Assembly: GCA_002189035.1 (NCBI GenBank)
Contig: NEEC01000023.1
Location: forward strand, 496,001-560,000
From: Utricularia gibba
Lineage: Eukaryota; Plantae; Magnoliophyta
Length of the DNA stretch: 64,000 nt
Direction: 5' to 3'
The first letter of the stretch is position 1. Each line of letters starts with the position of its first letter. Below, one piece after another: positions 1 to 11,406 of the stretch. Below the pieces are notes generated by a model. The model ran no database searches. It worked only from the letters and a program-made list of their open reading frames with translations, and was not told the DNA's origin. A program made the translations under genes and the position numbers.

Positions 1-86
1 ATATTCACAAGTTCATATGTAAATTATTTTTAAAACAAATTTCATAACCATACGGTAAAGATTTTATTTAAACCTATCAATTGAAA

Positions 87-197
87 TATATTTTATTTTT
101 TATTTTTTTATTTTTTTATTTTTTTATTTTTTTATTTTTTTATTTTTTATTTTTTTATTTTTTTATTTTTTTATTTTTTTATTTTTTTATTTTTTTA
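87..197. repeat. T-rich simple repeat, roughly (TTTTTTA)n / (TTTTTTTA)n
   Basis: Directly visible tandem 7-8 nt units; explains the spurious F/Y/I/L-rich ORF 81-278. Confidence 0.9.
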
Positions 198-239
198 TTA
201 ATTAATATTATAAAAATATCAAATCATCTCCCATTATTC

Positions 240-1847
240 TTACCCCTTTTTGTCAATGGGTCTTTGAAGAAAACTTGATCTGCGGAAGTAGTGATCCCAT
301 TTATGGGGCTGAGTCGTCCCAAAGGTGTAGTACTTCCAGCTGCTTTCCGGGTCAAATTCTTCACTTTCTCTCCTTCCTTCCGCCATCTCCTTCTTCAAGC
401 CTTGCACTCTCTCGATCACCCCACGTACGGATACATCAAATGCATCCTCTGTCTTCCTGGATCCACCCCGGGAATCGCCATAAGTCACCTTGGGTATCAG
501 CTTGATCACTTGCTCTCTCATGGACGCCACTCTCCCTTTGGGGATCTCAGAGAGGAATCTCTCGATGCTGACATTCTTGTGCTTCACATCTCCTTCGGGG
601 ATGAGCACTGAATAGGAGGAGAACTCCTTGGGTAAATGCCATGTGTACTGAACATACGCAGAGCCGGGAGTGAAGAAAACGGGGATGCAACCGGACACTA
701 TGGAATCGAAGGTTGATCGTCGGGTGAAGGAGTCCCCGGGAGGTTGAAGGCAGAAAATGGAGCCTAGAAACATCTTCATCACATTCCCTGGCTTCAAGCA
801 GTTTTCTCTGTTATCTATGCATTCGATCATCTTGCAGTTTTGTCTAGATTTTCGGCATTGCTCCATGATCTCGCTGCGTATGGAAGTGTCTATTTGGGGA
901 CGAGGGGCTCCGACGAAGCAGAAGAGTGTCTTCCTTCTCTGGTTTCTCACTCTCTTCTGCCATTCCTCAACTTGGTTATCTGTAGAGGGATGAAAGTAAG
1001 TAGGATAGGGAATGGCGAAATCGTTCTTATCCCAAGGGCTGGATTCGATTGTGAGAATCGTCATGTTCTTCGTCTCCATCATTACCATGAACTTGTTCCC
1101 CCAACCAGAATCCTCATCCACAACTCTACGGAAATCCCAGGTTATCCTTCCGGCTACAGAGAAATGATCTTTACCCCCCATCCGTTTCCATTCACTTGTT
1201 TCTTTAATCATCTCGAACAAATCCTTGGAATCCGAATCCCTAACAGAGATATTGTAGGAATTGAAAAGGTACCTTGAAACATCAAGCCCCGGATAGTAAG
1301 GAACATAGAACGCCACCGCCATTGATGCATTCTTCGTCAAACAGGGGTATCTCTTCATCCTGTTATGAAAGATCACCTCTAGAGAAAACTGATGGGTAAC
1401 GAACCACCCAGAATTCATCAACAACTTACTGGGATGCCCGATCGGCATCCCGAGTCCTTCGTTTACAAAGTACCGACACATATCATGCCATTTATTCAGC
1501 GACTTGCAGTTCCTGATGTAATCTTGATTAAATCGAGTAGGAATTTCATGGATGTAGATGTATTTCCCAACGCAATTGTCGATTGAGGGAGAATTCTGGG
1601 GAGTCGAATCAGTGAGATTAGGGTTAGGGCTGTGGAAACGGGAGAGGGAGGAGGCAACGGTGGGAGGATAGGGCGGCGACTTGAAATTGTAGATGATGAG
1701 GAGGAACCAGAAAATGACCCAAACATGGCACAGGGAGGAGGAGAAGGAGCAGAAGCAGCATTTTCTGTTCTTGTTCGATGCTTCGGCGATCGATGATGAG
1801 GAATGGCGATGCCTTCTTCGTGACGAATGGTTGCAGAGGTTCATCAC
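240..1847 (-). CDS. Exostosin/GT47 family glycosyltransferase (xyloglucan galactosyltransferase, KATAMARI1/MUR3-like clade), intronless
   Basis: 535-aa ORF with an N-terminal type II membrane anchor. Typical GT47 motifs: YIYIHEIPTRFN, THQFSLEVIFHNRM, FYVPYYPGLD, GGKDHFSVAGRITWDFRR, FAIPYPTYFHP, FCLQPPGDSFTRRSTFDS, GCIPVFF, QYTWHLP. Confidence 0.95.
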   Translation of the reverse strand: MMNLCNHSSRRRHRHSSSSIAEASNKNRKCCFCSFSSSLCHVWVIFWFLLIIYNFKSPPYPPTVASSLSRFHSPNPNLTDSTPQNSPSIDNCVGKYIYIHEIPTRFNQDYIRNCKSLNKWHDMCRYFVNEGLGMPIGHPSKLLMNSGWFVTHQFSLEVIFHNRMKRYPCLTKNASMAVAFYVPYYPGLDVSRYLFNSYNISVRDSDSKDLFEMIKETSEWKRMGGKDHFSVAGRITWDFRRVVDEDSGWGNKFMVMMETKNMTILTIESSPWDKNDFAIPYPTYFHPSTDNQVEEWQKRVRNQRRKTLFCFVGAPRPQIDTSIRSEIMEQCRKSRQNCKMIECIDNRENCLKPGNVMKMFLGSIFCLQPPGDSFTRRSTFDSIVSGCIPVFFTPGSAYVQYTWHLPKEFSSYSVLIPEGDVKHKNVSIERFLSEIPKGRVASMREQVIKLIPKVTYGDSRGGSRKTEDAFDVSVRGVIERVQGLKKEMAEGRRESEEFDPESSWKYYTFGTTQPHKWDHYFRRSSFLQRPIDKKG

Positions 1848-2119
1848 AACTCTTCAGCATGATTCGGTCGAAACTAATCCGACGTCGTTTCGCCTAGTAA
1901 CTGCTGCATTTCTTTTTGTATGTTCACCATCATGTGGTGTGTGTGCATGGGCCGGGGTTAGACCGGGTTTAAAAATGTATCCGGTTCAAAATACACGAGA
2001 ATGGAAGTGGATGGCAATTAAAGAGCTCAAAAGATGACCACGAAACCAAAGTACTCTTCCATACATTACCACCCCACAAAATCAACCTACGTTGTGCCTT
2101 CTTGTTTGCATTTCCACCC

Positions 2120-3631
2120 ATGGGAAGGACTCCGATCGCCTCCTTGCCGGAGTCTACCCGTCGAACCACCGCCGATCCACACAGACGCCCTCCTCCGCCG
2201 CCGCCGCCCCATTTTCATTACTACAAGAAATGGTACCCATGGCTGGTCCCTTTCATCATCGTCGTCAACATAGTCCTCTTCATGTCTACGATGTACATCA
2301 ACGATTGCCCGTTGCGTTCCAACGACTGCATCGGCACATCCTTCCTCGGCCCCTTCGCCTTTCAGAGCACCCGTGAAAATCCCCTGCTCGGCCCCTCCGC
2401 CGCCACGTGAGTGAGTTCTTTGCAAACCGCAAGAGGAACATTCTGTCTGTGTTTGAAAAATTGAAATGAATCATCATCCAGGCTTCTTGAATTAGGCGCT
2501 TTGCAAGTGAGCAGAGTTGTTGAGGATCATCAAGTTTGGAGATTGCTCTCCTGTATGTGGTTACACGCCGGAGCTTTTCATCTTCTCGCGAATATGCTCA
2601 GTCTCCTCTTCGTCGGAATCCGCCTGGAACAAGAATTCGGATTTAGTATGAATTCCATTGCGTTTCCCTCATTTCCAATTTTAATCAGCACCAGAATCAG
2701 CCTCCCTTGTTTCTTCAATTCTCAACAGTTCGAATCGGGTTGCTATACGTTATTGCCGGCGTTGGCGGTAGCCTATCATCGGCATTGTTCGTACGCACCA
2801 CCATCTCCGTCGGTGCTTCCGGTGCATTGTTCGGTCTCCTCGGCGCCATGCTCTCCGAACTCCTCATCAACTGGACCATATACGAGAAGAAGGTAAATGA
2901 ATCCATCACCCCCAATTCCGAACCCTAGAAATTCATCGATGATTGAAATGTCTGATTCTTCCCACAGCTAGAATCGCTATCAAGCCTGATATTCATCATC
3001 ATCATGAACCTGGCGGTGGGGATCCTCCCCCACGTCGACAATTTCGCCCATCTCGGTGGATTCATAACCGGATTCCTTCTAGGGTTCATACTTCTGATTC
3101 GCCCGCAATACAGCTATATCAAGAACAAGACTTCCCCATATCGCTACTCAAATTCATCGAAATCCAAGTACAAAACTTACCAATACATTCTCCTCATGCT
3201 CTCCCTTACAGCGTTGATCTTAGGGTAAGAGCAAAAACAACATCCTTTCTTCTACTTCTCACATAACTTTCATCGAACACCTAGTGTTTCTCTTCCCATC
3301 GCGATAGGTTGGCCACCGGCCTTACCCTTCTCCTAGATGGCGTCAACGGCAACGATCACTGCTCTTGGTGCCATTACCTCAGTTGTGTTCCCACACCACT
3401 TTGGAGCTGTCAATCACGATGCACTGTAAGAAAAAACCGCATATTTTTTTCAAGATTTTGAGCTATGGCTGCCATGGTGATGATGCTTTGTGCCTGCAGT
3501 CAAGCCAATACGAGAATCAATTGAACTTGACGTGCCTCGACAACAACAGGACAAAGTTTTACTTGCTGAGCAATCAAACCACCATCCCTCAGATTCAGAG
3601 AATGTGCGCGGAGCTCTGCGGACGGGCATAA
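2120..3631 (+). CDS. RBL: Rhomboid-like intramembrane serine protease, 6 exons
   Basis: Exons 2120-2406, 2482-2645, 2729-2892, 2968-3224, 3308-3425, 3499-3631, all GT-AG and in frame. Motifs [21 protein letters not shown], catalytic GASG and [11 protein letters not shown]-terminal [12 protein letters not shown]. Confidence 0.95.
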
Positions 3632-3994
3632 CAAACAACATGTGCTGGATTATATTTGTACTGCACAATGCACTTCATCATATCATATATACGCATGCAT
3701 ACATCTGTATATGATATGGTCTTAATTGAAACTCGTCGTGACATGTGTATTGTACTATGTTTTAAAATCAAATTTGAAATGTATCAAACATACATTTCGT
3801 ATATTGTAACAATAAATATTCTTTTTATAGAATATTATTCGTTTCAAATATTCAAATTTCATAATTTTATGTGTTTACCCAAATCCTTTTTAGAGAAAAA
3901 AACATCTCTATAAAAATTAGAAATATATCTCTATTTAAATATCTTATCTCTTGAATCCATAATTAATATAAAATATTGTTACTAAATTCTTGAT

Positions 3995-3996
<2 letters not shown>

Positions 3997-4062
<66 letters not shown>
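3997..4062. repeat. (TA)n microsatellite
   Basis: About 33 perfect TA units. Confidence 0.97.
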
Positions 4063-4067
<5 letters not shown>

Positions 4068-4183
4068 TATTCAACTTTTTCGTTGAATGTCTTTTTATTC
4101 CATTATTAGTTTACACCTGAGTTTAATTTTAATACCAAATATTATAATTCATATTACTTTGTTACGATCTTATCCATTTTATT

Positions 4184-4187
<4 letters not shown>

Positions 4188-4232
<45 letters not shown>
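4188..4232. repeat. (TA)n microsatellite
   Basis: About 22 perfect TA units. Confidence 0.97.
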
Positions 4233-4235
<3 letters not shown>

Positions 4236-4685
4236 AATGAAATGATTTCTTAAAAAATAAAAATATTTGGGCTGGATCTTGTTTTCGGCTCAAATGGATA
4301 CATCTGGGCTGTTAAGTCATTGATTACAACCCATTACTTTGGGCCTTGGATCTCACAGTTTCTAATAGATGTAATTAATTATTTAATTTTAAGTATAATT
4401 TTTTCTCAATATAAAAATTCTTTATGGAAAATTATTTTTATATGTACCTACTCGAAATTCTTTTGATGGGAAAAAATAATACTATATTAATATATTGATA
4501 ATATTATTACAAAATTCGCACAAAGTACAAGACGATCGCAATCCGCATGGGGGATTCGACACGTTAGAATAATGATTGCACGTGGTCTGTGGGGTCCATC
4601 GGCATGATCCAAGACTCCACGTACTCAAAATTCATTGTATTTTCCGAGGGCAGATATTATTTGTTATTACAGAATAAATCAAGCC

Positions 4686-5350
4686 ATGACTCTTGCCGGT
4701 GCACGGCCTCTGCTCAATTATTCTGCCCACGATCGGCTCTTAGCTGGCAGGGAAGTGAAGACCGAACGGCGGCCCCTGTTCCTCCAAAAGGTTAAAAAAA
4801 ACCAGCCCATTTCCAGTTGTCAAGGTTCCTCTCCTCCACGTGTCCGATCCGTGCCACGCGGTTCGGAATCGTAGGGTGGGAGGCTGGTTTCCCAACTGGA
4901 GATGAAAAGGAGGATCAATTATTGATGAGCAGCAACTGTAATCTGGTTATGGATTTTATTGTTCATGTTTACACTTTCCACAGTCCCAACTGTACCTTTC
5001 CATTTCTGCGTTGCATTGCTGCCAGAGGATCAAGATGGGGACATTGAAAATGATGTTTTTCGAGTTAGGGGATTTTGAAATGGGGAGAAGATGTAGGGAA
5101 TGTTCAGGTTCAGAGATAATGCACAAGATGAAGGTTAAATCACACATTGCTGACGTTTCCTGGTGATTTCTAGATTTGGGTAGCTGTTTGGTAATGGCTT
5201 TTAGAAGCTGAATGGTTCATGCATCAAAAGCACAACCCAACTTCTCGATATTCACTGAAGGAGGTCTGTTCCACCAACCTGAAAAATTACCGAAGCACGT
5301 GTCGTCTATCGAATGGAATTGCCTTTGGAGTTGTTGTACATTGAACAGTG
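4686..5350 (+). pseudogene. Probable decayed multi-exon gene of an uncharacterised plant family
   Basis: ATG 4686 opens MTLAGARPLLNYSAHDRLLAGREV up to a GT donor at 4791. Downstream fragments WEAGF, CVALLPEDQDGDIENDVFR and EVCSTNLKNYRSTCRLSNGIAFG lie in different frames with stops. Family resemblance is from memory only. Confidence 0.3.
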
Positions 5351-5543
5351 AAGGTTTGGAGTTTGGACCACTAGTTCTGCAAGCTATCACTCTCCAGCCA
5401 GATCACTGGGGTAGGGGTGGGTCAAAGTTCCCACTATTTATATGCAGGAGATGATGGAAGGAGCTATTCGTACCTTGTGATCCAACACAAGAAAGAAGGC
5501 GTTGCTGTGTATTCCTCCACGGTGGCATTCCATCCAACATCTG

Positions 5544-5888
5544 ATGGGGTGTAAGCTTGGGAACTTTCTCGTGACGTTCAGTACCCTGTTGTTGATTATC
5601 CACGCCTTTGAAGGGGAATCATATTCTGGGCCAAGGGATCTTCTTCAGGAATCGTTTATTGAGAATTTGGCGGAATCTCCGGCGGGAAAGGAGCGGACTT
5701 TCCCCGGAGAAGTGGTATCGGAAGCTCCGGCAGCGTCGGAGAGTAGGAAGATGGGGAAACATCATATGGAGGACAAGTCCGCCGCCGGCGGTGGGGTCAT
5801 CATCGGCGGCCTCGTCACTGCCATATTCGCGGCGGTGTATTGCTACATTCGCGTCACGAGGAGGCAGCCGTCTCGGCCCGAGATTTAG
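5544..5888 (+). CDS. Small single-pass membrane protein (signal peptide, short ectodomain, C-terminal TM, basic tail), uncharacterised plant family
   Basis: First ATG at 5544 (MGCKLGNFLVTFSTLLLIIHA, signal-like). C-terminal DKSAAGGGVIIGGLVTAIFAAVYCYIRVTRR is a TM helix followed by a basic stop-transfer. Confidence 0.8.
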   Translation: MGCKLGNFLVTFSTLLLIIHAFEGESYSGPRDLLQESFIENLAESPAGKERTFPGEVVSEAPAASESRKMGKHHMEDKSAAGGGVIIGGLVTAIFAAVYCYIRVTRRQPSRPEI

Positions 5889-6015
5889 GTTTAGAAATTT
5901 GAATCTCAACGGTTATGAAGCTGTATACACCACTCCCAATTCTTACATTATGTAAAGTAATTCTTTTTGATCAGCAATCTCGAGTTTCCCACAACTGAAT
6001 TCCTCCTCAAAACTA

Positions 6016-7426
6016 TCAAAATGTGATCACCCCCTTTTCCCTTTTGAGAAACCTGTCCAAGGTTGAAATGCTCTCCTCGGAGGAGCTCAATGCTGTCACA
6101 TGGTTAAAAAATTCACGATCTGGGTTGTCTTTGGCTGTTCCGCATTCAAGATGTATGCACAGGCTACAGCTAGCTCCGCATTTGCTGGAGCCTACATCTA
6201 GACATGGGCTTGGGTTTGATCCCCGTTGGTCATTGTTCGACCCTGACCCGGGCTTTTCGTTTTGGATCGCTTCATTGCGCTCAAGATCGTGTCTTGCCAG
6301 GAAAAACCATGGAGGTCGATGAAAAGGGCACTTCTCCAAGTTGGCATGAATATCGGACTTCGAGGTCACTTGAAATGAATGGATGAAAGCACAAAACTTT
6401 CATTGATATGCTGGCAGCTCTTCAACCGTTCACAATAACAATAGTTAAGTCGCGCCTTCCCATTTAGCTTTTGTGAGGACGCTTATTTAGTTTCAGGGTA
6501 TCCAATCCCCTTCTTGGCAACGGGAAGGGATCGGGTGTTTCCCAGATTCCTGGTATCTGGGTTCCTCCCATTCTATAGTTCTGTTCCATAGGCTCTCCTT
6601 TTGTTGTTTCCGCATGAAAGTCGTTCCTTTTTACACTCCTGATAATCGAATTTGTGGGCAAACATTTTTGTTCATGGTTTGTCTTGGGTTTGTAAAAAGG
6701 TGAAGTTTCTTCATCTTGCAGAGAAAGAAGAGGTAGATTGTGCCAGGAAATGACCACAAAACGCTGCGGGGCATGATGATTTCTGCAGTATAGGGACTAG
6801 ACAACCGAGTTTTTCTTTTCTTCACTTCTGGCTTTGCAGTTGAGAACTGAACCGCATCAACGGAACTCGTGATATCTGCATTGTGGTTATGTAGTTGGAT
6901 TCAGAAATGGCAAGTTTGGATCTTGATGACGAGGAATTCAAGAAGTTTCGCATTACCAGGATATATACTCGAGCGAGGCTCTGCCGTTGAGCATTTGGCT
7001 TCTGAACATGAATCCTCTGTTTTAGTGTTCAACTCCAGAAGTGGAGGCCAGTTTGGTGGAGAGCTTCTCCTCACTTATCAGTCCTTTCTAAACCAGAATC
7101 AGGTCTCCATTTTATGGAGAATGAAGCATCGATTTTTAAAACCATGAACCGTGAGTTGAAAAGCTTTTGATGATCAGAGATTAGACTGTGCCTGAGAAGA
7201 AATGCTCTGCTTTTCTGCTGTTTTTTTTAAAGAATCAAACTTTTATTACCAGAAAGAACATCCTGGGTGCTGTTTTTGCTCTCGTGATTTGATTCTATTG
7301 AGCAGAAGGGAGACAACAGAACATCGATGTGTTGAACGTCGCCTTGAGGTGTTGTCAAGTAAGCAAGAACCGCAGCTGTCTACGGTGAAGGATGATGCTG
7401 GTTCTGTGGTGAAAAAATGAAGCCAT
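6016..7426 (-). pseudogene. Candidate fragmented or decayed gene, unidentified
   Basis: Protein-like hydrophilic fragments in several frames with GT/AG sites. Site II motifs (GGCCCA, AGCCCA) lie just upstream of ATG 7426. The 3' ORF 6016-6369 ends CGASCSLCIHLECG...SEESISTLDRFLKREKGVITF. No continuous model could be built. Confidence 0.3.
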
Positions 7427-8317
7427 GGGCTTTATCAATTGGGCCGTTTTGTTCTCATGAACTCTTAGATATAAATAGAAATTATCTCATGTAATATTTT
7501 AACTTTTTCTTTTTTGCGGCAATGAATAGTGTTTCCCTATCTTGTGCTCTCTGTTCTGTAAACGTATGAACTTCTTCACAATGTACTTCTTGAAATGATT
7601 CATGTGAATCTTCATTGAATGTAAAGGATATTAAGAGAGATATGAAGGCATGATGGATCCAAATGGAGGAGTTTTATTACCTGCCACAGCTAAAGCATGT
7701 ACCATAATGAAACCTCGGCTTCCATCCATATCGTCTCTTCGAGATTGGTCCCAAGATAAGTAGTTGATACACAAGCTCATCCTTCGCCTTCCTCCTCCTC
7801 GCTGTTGTTGTTCTGCACGTTCTTAACCTTCTTTGCATCCTCACCACCATATGGGATGGAAATGGAGCCAGAGCCAGAACTGGAACCATGCTGATTCATC
7901 TCCATCCCACACTCTGACTTGGGTATCTCCTGAACCTGCTGCTTCAGACTGGTGCTACCCATATATATCAAAACATTCACTTGCGATTTTCTGGATCCTC
8001 ACAATCTTCACGAACACCGGCCTCGCCCAACTACATTACTGACTCTGTGTGTTGTTTAACACTGTTTGTGTCCACCGTCCATAGTGAAAAAGTTTAGAAC
8101 TTTTCGAGAGTATGGTTCCAAAACCGTCGCCATTGGAGTGGTTAAGAGCGTCTGGCTCCTGTGAATGGAGGCTTCAAGCCCCATTGATTTTCAAGGAATG
8201 ATGAACAGCAAGTGTTATAAAGGAAACTTTGAAGTACATAGCTTTTTTTTGTCTGTAGTAACTGAGAAACCACTATATATAGAGTGTGTACAGCAAATGT
8301 TGAATGCTGAGCCAAGT

Positions 8318-10118
8318 ATGCGAGTGACCTGCAGAGTGATTCCGGAACAGGGGACTCTGCGAGGCGTACTTCTTCGGACTCTTCGCATATCTGGATTTCC
8401 CGGCGACAATTTTAATTTTGCTGCTTACTTTTGCTCTCTGATATCTTCGGGTCCTCCGCAGCCTCGGGAGTGGATTCATTGGAATCACATGTAAGAGCTA
8501 ACGCAAGGGAAGAATGTAAGAGCTTAAGCTGGAGAATTGAGAAACTGCGCAGAGGGGAATTCGTCGCATGCGCATTCCGGAGCTGGATGGGTGATGGCCT
8601 ACCCGTTCAAAGAAGCGATATTTTTCACGCTATTAACCGTTTGCGTAGGTTGAAATCCACCAAGCGAGGACTGGAGGTTGGTATCAGAGTTGTGCCCACT
8701 ATGTGTTCGACGTTAGTTCTGCAATAAATTTATTCTATAATTTGGCGAACAATGGCTAGTGATTGGAACTTGTAGTGAAGCTTTCAACGAAAGAATTTTC
8801 TTTTTCCCAGATATGAATGAAGAGAACAGGCTAACTGTCTTTCCCGTTTCTGTCTACTTGCTCAGGTGATGGAATGGGTGATAAGGGAGAAACCCTACAT
8901 GCTGAGAGAACTCGATTACTCCTATTTACTGGAATTTACAATCAAGCTTCATGGCGTGGAACAGGGTGAAAAGCTTTTCTCTAGGATCCCACCCGAGTTC
9001 AAGAAGGAGCTGCTGTACAATAATCTTGTCATTGGCTGCTTGGAGAAGGGCCTGATAAGACTCTCGTTGGAATACATGAAAAAAATGAGGGAATTTGGTC
9101 ATGGGATATCATACTTAGTCTTCAACCGTTTGATTATACTTCATTCGTCCCCGTTCGCAAGAAGGTGATTCCAAAAATTCTAACTCAGATGAAAGCTGAT
9201 AGAGTGATTCCTCATGTGTCCACATACAATATCTTACTGAAGATCGAGGCTAATGAACACAATATTGATGGCCTGATCAAAGTGTTCACTGATATGAAGC
9301 ATAGGAAGGTTCAACCCAATGAGATAACATTCTGTGTTTTGGCTATGGCACATGCTGTGGCCAGACTCTACACTGCCTGCGGTGCATATGCAGAGTCTAT
9401 TGAAAAATCAATGACGGGAGTTAACTGGTCGACTTTAGACATTCTTTTGATATTGTATGGAAGTATGAGGAAACAGAAGGAGTTGGAAAGAACTTGGAGA
9501 ACTATTCAACAGCTACCCCATATAAGGGTTAAAAGTTTTGTGCTGGCTGTTGAAGCTTTTGGAAAGTTGGGAAATCTTGAACGAGCAGAGGAGCTGTGGG
9601 TTCAAATGAAATCTGAAAAGGGATTAAAATCAGTTGATGAGTTTAATTCCATGATAAGTGTGTACTGCTATAATGGCCTCATTACCAAAGCCACTGCTCT
9701 GTATAAGGACATGGAAAAAAATGGATGCAAGCCAAATGCCATAACTTTCCGTCATCTTGCACTTGGTTGTTTGAAAGCAGGATTAGTTAAAGAAGCTATT
9801 AAAACTATTGATCTTAGATTGGATTTTCCTGCAACTTCCAAGATCACAAAGTCAACTCCATGGTTAGAAACAACTCTATCGATAATAGAGATCTTTGCTG
9901 AGAGGGGTGATGTAGAAAATGTTGAGAGGTTGTTTGAGGAACTAAAGAGGTCAAATTACACTAGATATGCCTTTGTATACAACGTGTTGATCAAGGCCTA
10001 TGTGAAGGCAAAGGTATACAAGCCTAATCTTCTGCGTAGGATTATTTTGGGTGGATGTCGGCCGGATCCTGAAACATATAGCCTAGTAAAGCTCATTGAG
10101 CAGTTTCGCTCGGAATAG
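8318..10118 (+). CDS. P-class pentatricopeptide repeat protein, At1g07590-like (mitochondrial), with two apparent -1 frameshifts
   Basis: Recognisable family stretches SLSWRIEKL..FRSWMGDG..DIFHAINRLR, MEWVIREKPY..ELDYSYLLEFTIKLHG, HVSTYNILLKIEANEHNIDG, NWSTLDILLILYG, TPWLETTLSIIE, GGCRPDPETYSL. Intron 8677-8865. Frame breaks at ~8435 and ~9150. Confidence 0.9.
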
Positions 10119-10642
10119 CATATTCAACTTGTGACTGAAGTTGCTAGATTTTAATTATTTCTGCTTCAGCACTAGTTTTGATGCTTGCTATTTGTTATTT
10201 ATGACATCCGGACCGGAAGCACAGCCGGATTCAAGGAAAACAAATTCATAGGATGGCGTATAGAAGCTCATTTGACCAGTAGATCCACCTCATGGGATCC
10301 TGCATCATTCCACATGTCTGGATGCACAGATAATTATAAAGCTGGTATGTAAGACTTTTTCATCATATTTTGTTTTGATCTTCGTGCAATTCCTGTTATT
10401 CAAACCATGAACACAGATGTTTCCGATGATGTGCAAATGTTCCTTGCTAGAAGTCTATATTAGGAGTCTGTCTCGGAGAGATTTGCTTGAACCTTAGCAT
10501 TGACATGGATGTGGAAATCTTATCTGCTGGACATGCAGAACACAGATTGAGAAATAACCTGAGTTTTATGACAGATCAGCAGCGGAATACAACCAAATTA
10601 CAGAAGGCAACCTTATAGTCAATGAGGTTGCATATTCCAAAT

Positions 10643-10945
10643 TCATTTCTTTGCAAAGAATCCACCGAAGCCTAAGCCACCGTCTTTTTTCTGGGCCGGT
10701 GGCGCAGCTCCCAAGTTCTTCTTGATTATGGTGGTGCTGCCTCCGTTCTTGTTTTCCACCTTCTTCAAAATGGGATCAGTTTCATAGATCTGTTCCTGCT
10801 TCTGAAGGCCTCCAAGGATGAAGTCCAACAGACTCTTCTCCCCGCTGCTTCCGCCTGAAGAGGCCTTCGCTGCCGTGGCAGCAGCTCTTACTACCCTTTT
10901 CTGAGGTGCAACCACTGGAGGAATGAACATATTCAGGGAAGCCAT
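10643..10945 (-). CDS. TSP9: Thylakoid soluble phosphoprotein TSP9
   Basis: Transit peptide followed by EKSLLDFILGGLQKQEQIYETDPILKKVE and C-terminal GFGGFFAKK, characteristic of TSP9. Confidence 0.93.
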   Translation of the reverse strand: MASLNMFIPPVVAPQKRVVRAAATAAKASSGGSSGEKSLLDFILGGLQKQEQIYETDPILKKVENKNGGSTTIIKKNLGAAPPAQKKDGGLGFGGFFAKK

Positions 10946-11406
10946 TGTTGTGCCTCTTTGCTGTGTGTTTCTTTCAGTTCATCCAATGAAGAAATAGAAG
11001 GCCACGCTGTTTATCAAGGGAATTTTGCCCATTCCCGTTTCCGCCACAAGCTCTCCCACAAGTGGCTTATCCTCATTCCCTGTGTTTCATTTTCTCTTTC
11101 TTTTTCTTTTTTTTTTTGTTGGGTGGGATGGGGGATGGGGGGAACCTGATCCTTGAGAGTTGAGACAATGGATCATATCTTTGTGGACCGCATGCAATAT
11201 GTTCACATTATTAAACCAGGATTACTTCACTAGTACATCTCTTGAAAGAGAGGATCGAGTGGCTTTCTTTAATACACGTCCAGGAAATACTTGTGAAGGA
11301 TTAAGATCCCGGTCAATGCATTCCTCTCCACCATAACATGTATCAAGATCCATGTCACAATGTAATCAACCATGAACATTTGCAAAATACTTCTGTCATG
11401 GGGTAA

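Noticed and set aside
81-278. 65-aa hydrophobic ORF
   Set aside because: Translation of a T-rich simple repeat; starts at TTG; no coding signal.
6400-6425. 12-nt match to miR167 (AGCTGCCAGCAT on the minus strand)
   Set aside because: Needs a 2-nt bulge and a deletion to extend; no hairpin; not target-mimic geometry; expected by chance across miRNA families.
8124-8185. tRNA/SINE-like A-box (TGGAGTGGTTAAG) and B-box-like (GGCTTCAAGCC) spacing
   Set aside because: The anticodon and acceptor stems do not pair and the B-box deviates from consensus; no cloverleaf.
8679-8689. TGGTATCAGAG, matching the tRNA-iMet primer-binding site of LTR retroelements
   Set aside because: Only 11 nt, overlaps the PPR intron donor region, and has no upstream TG...CA LTR or downstream gag/pol; compatible with chance.
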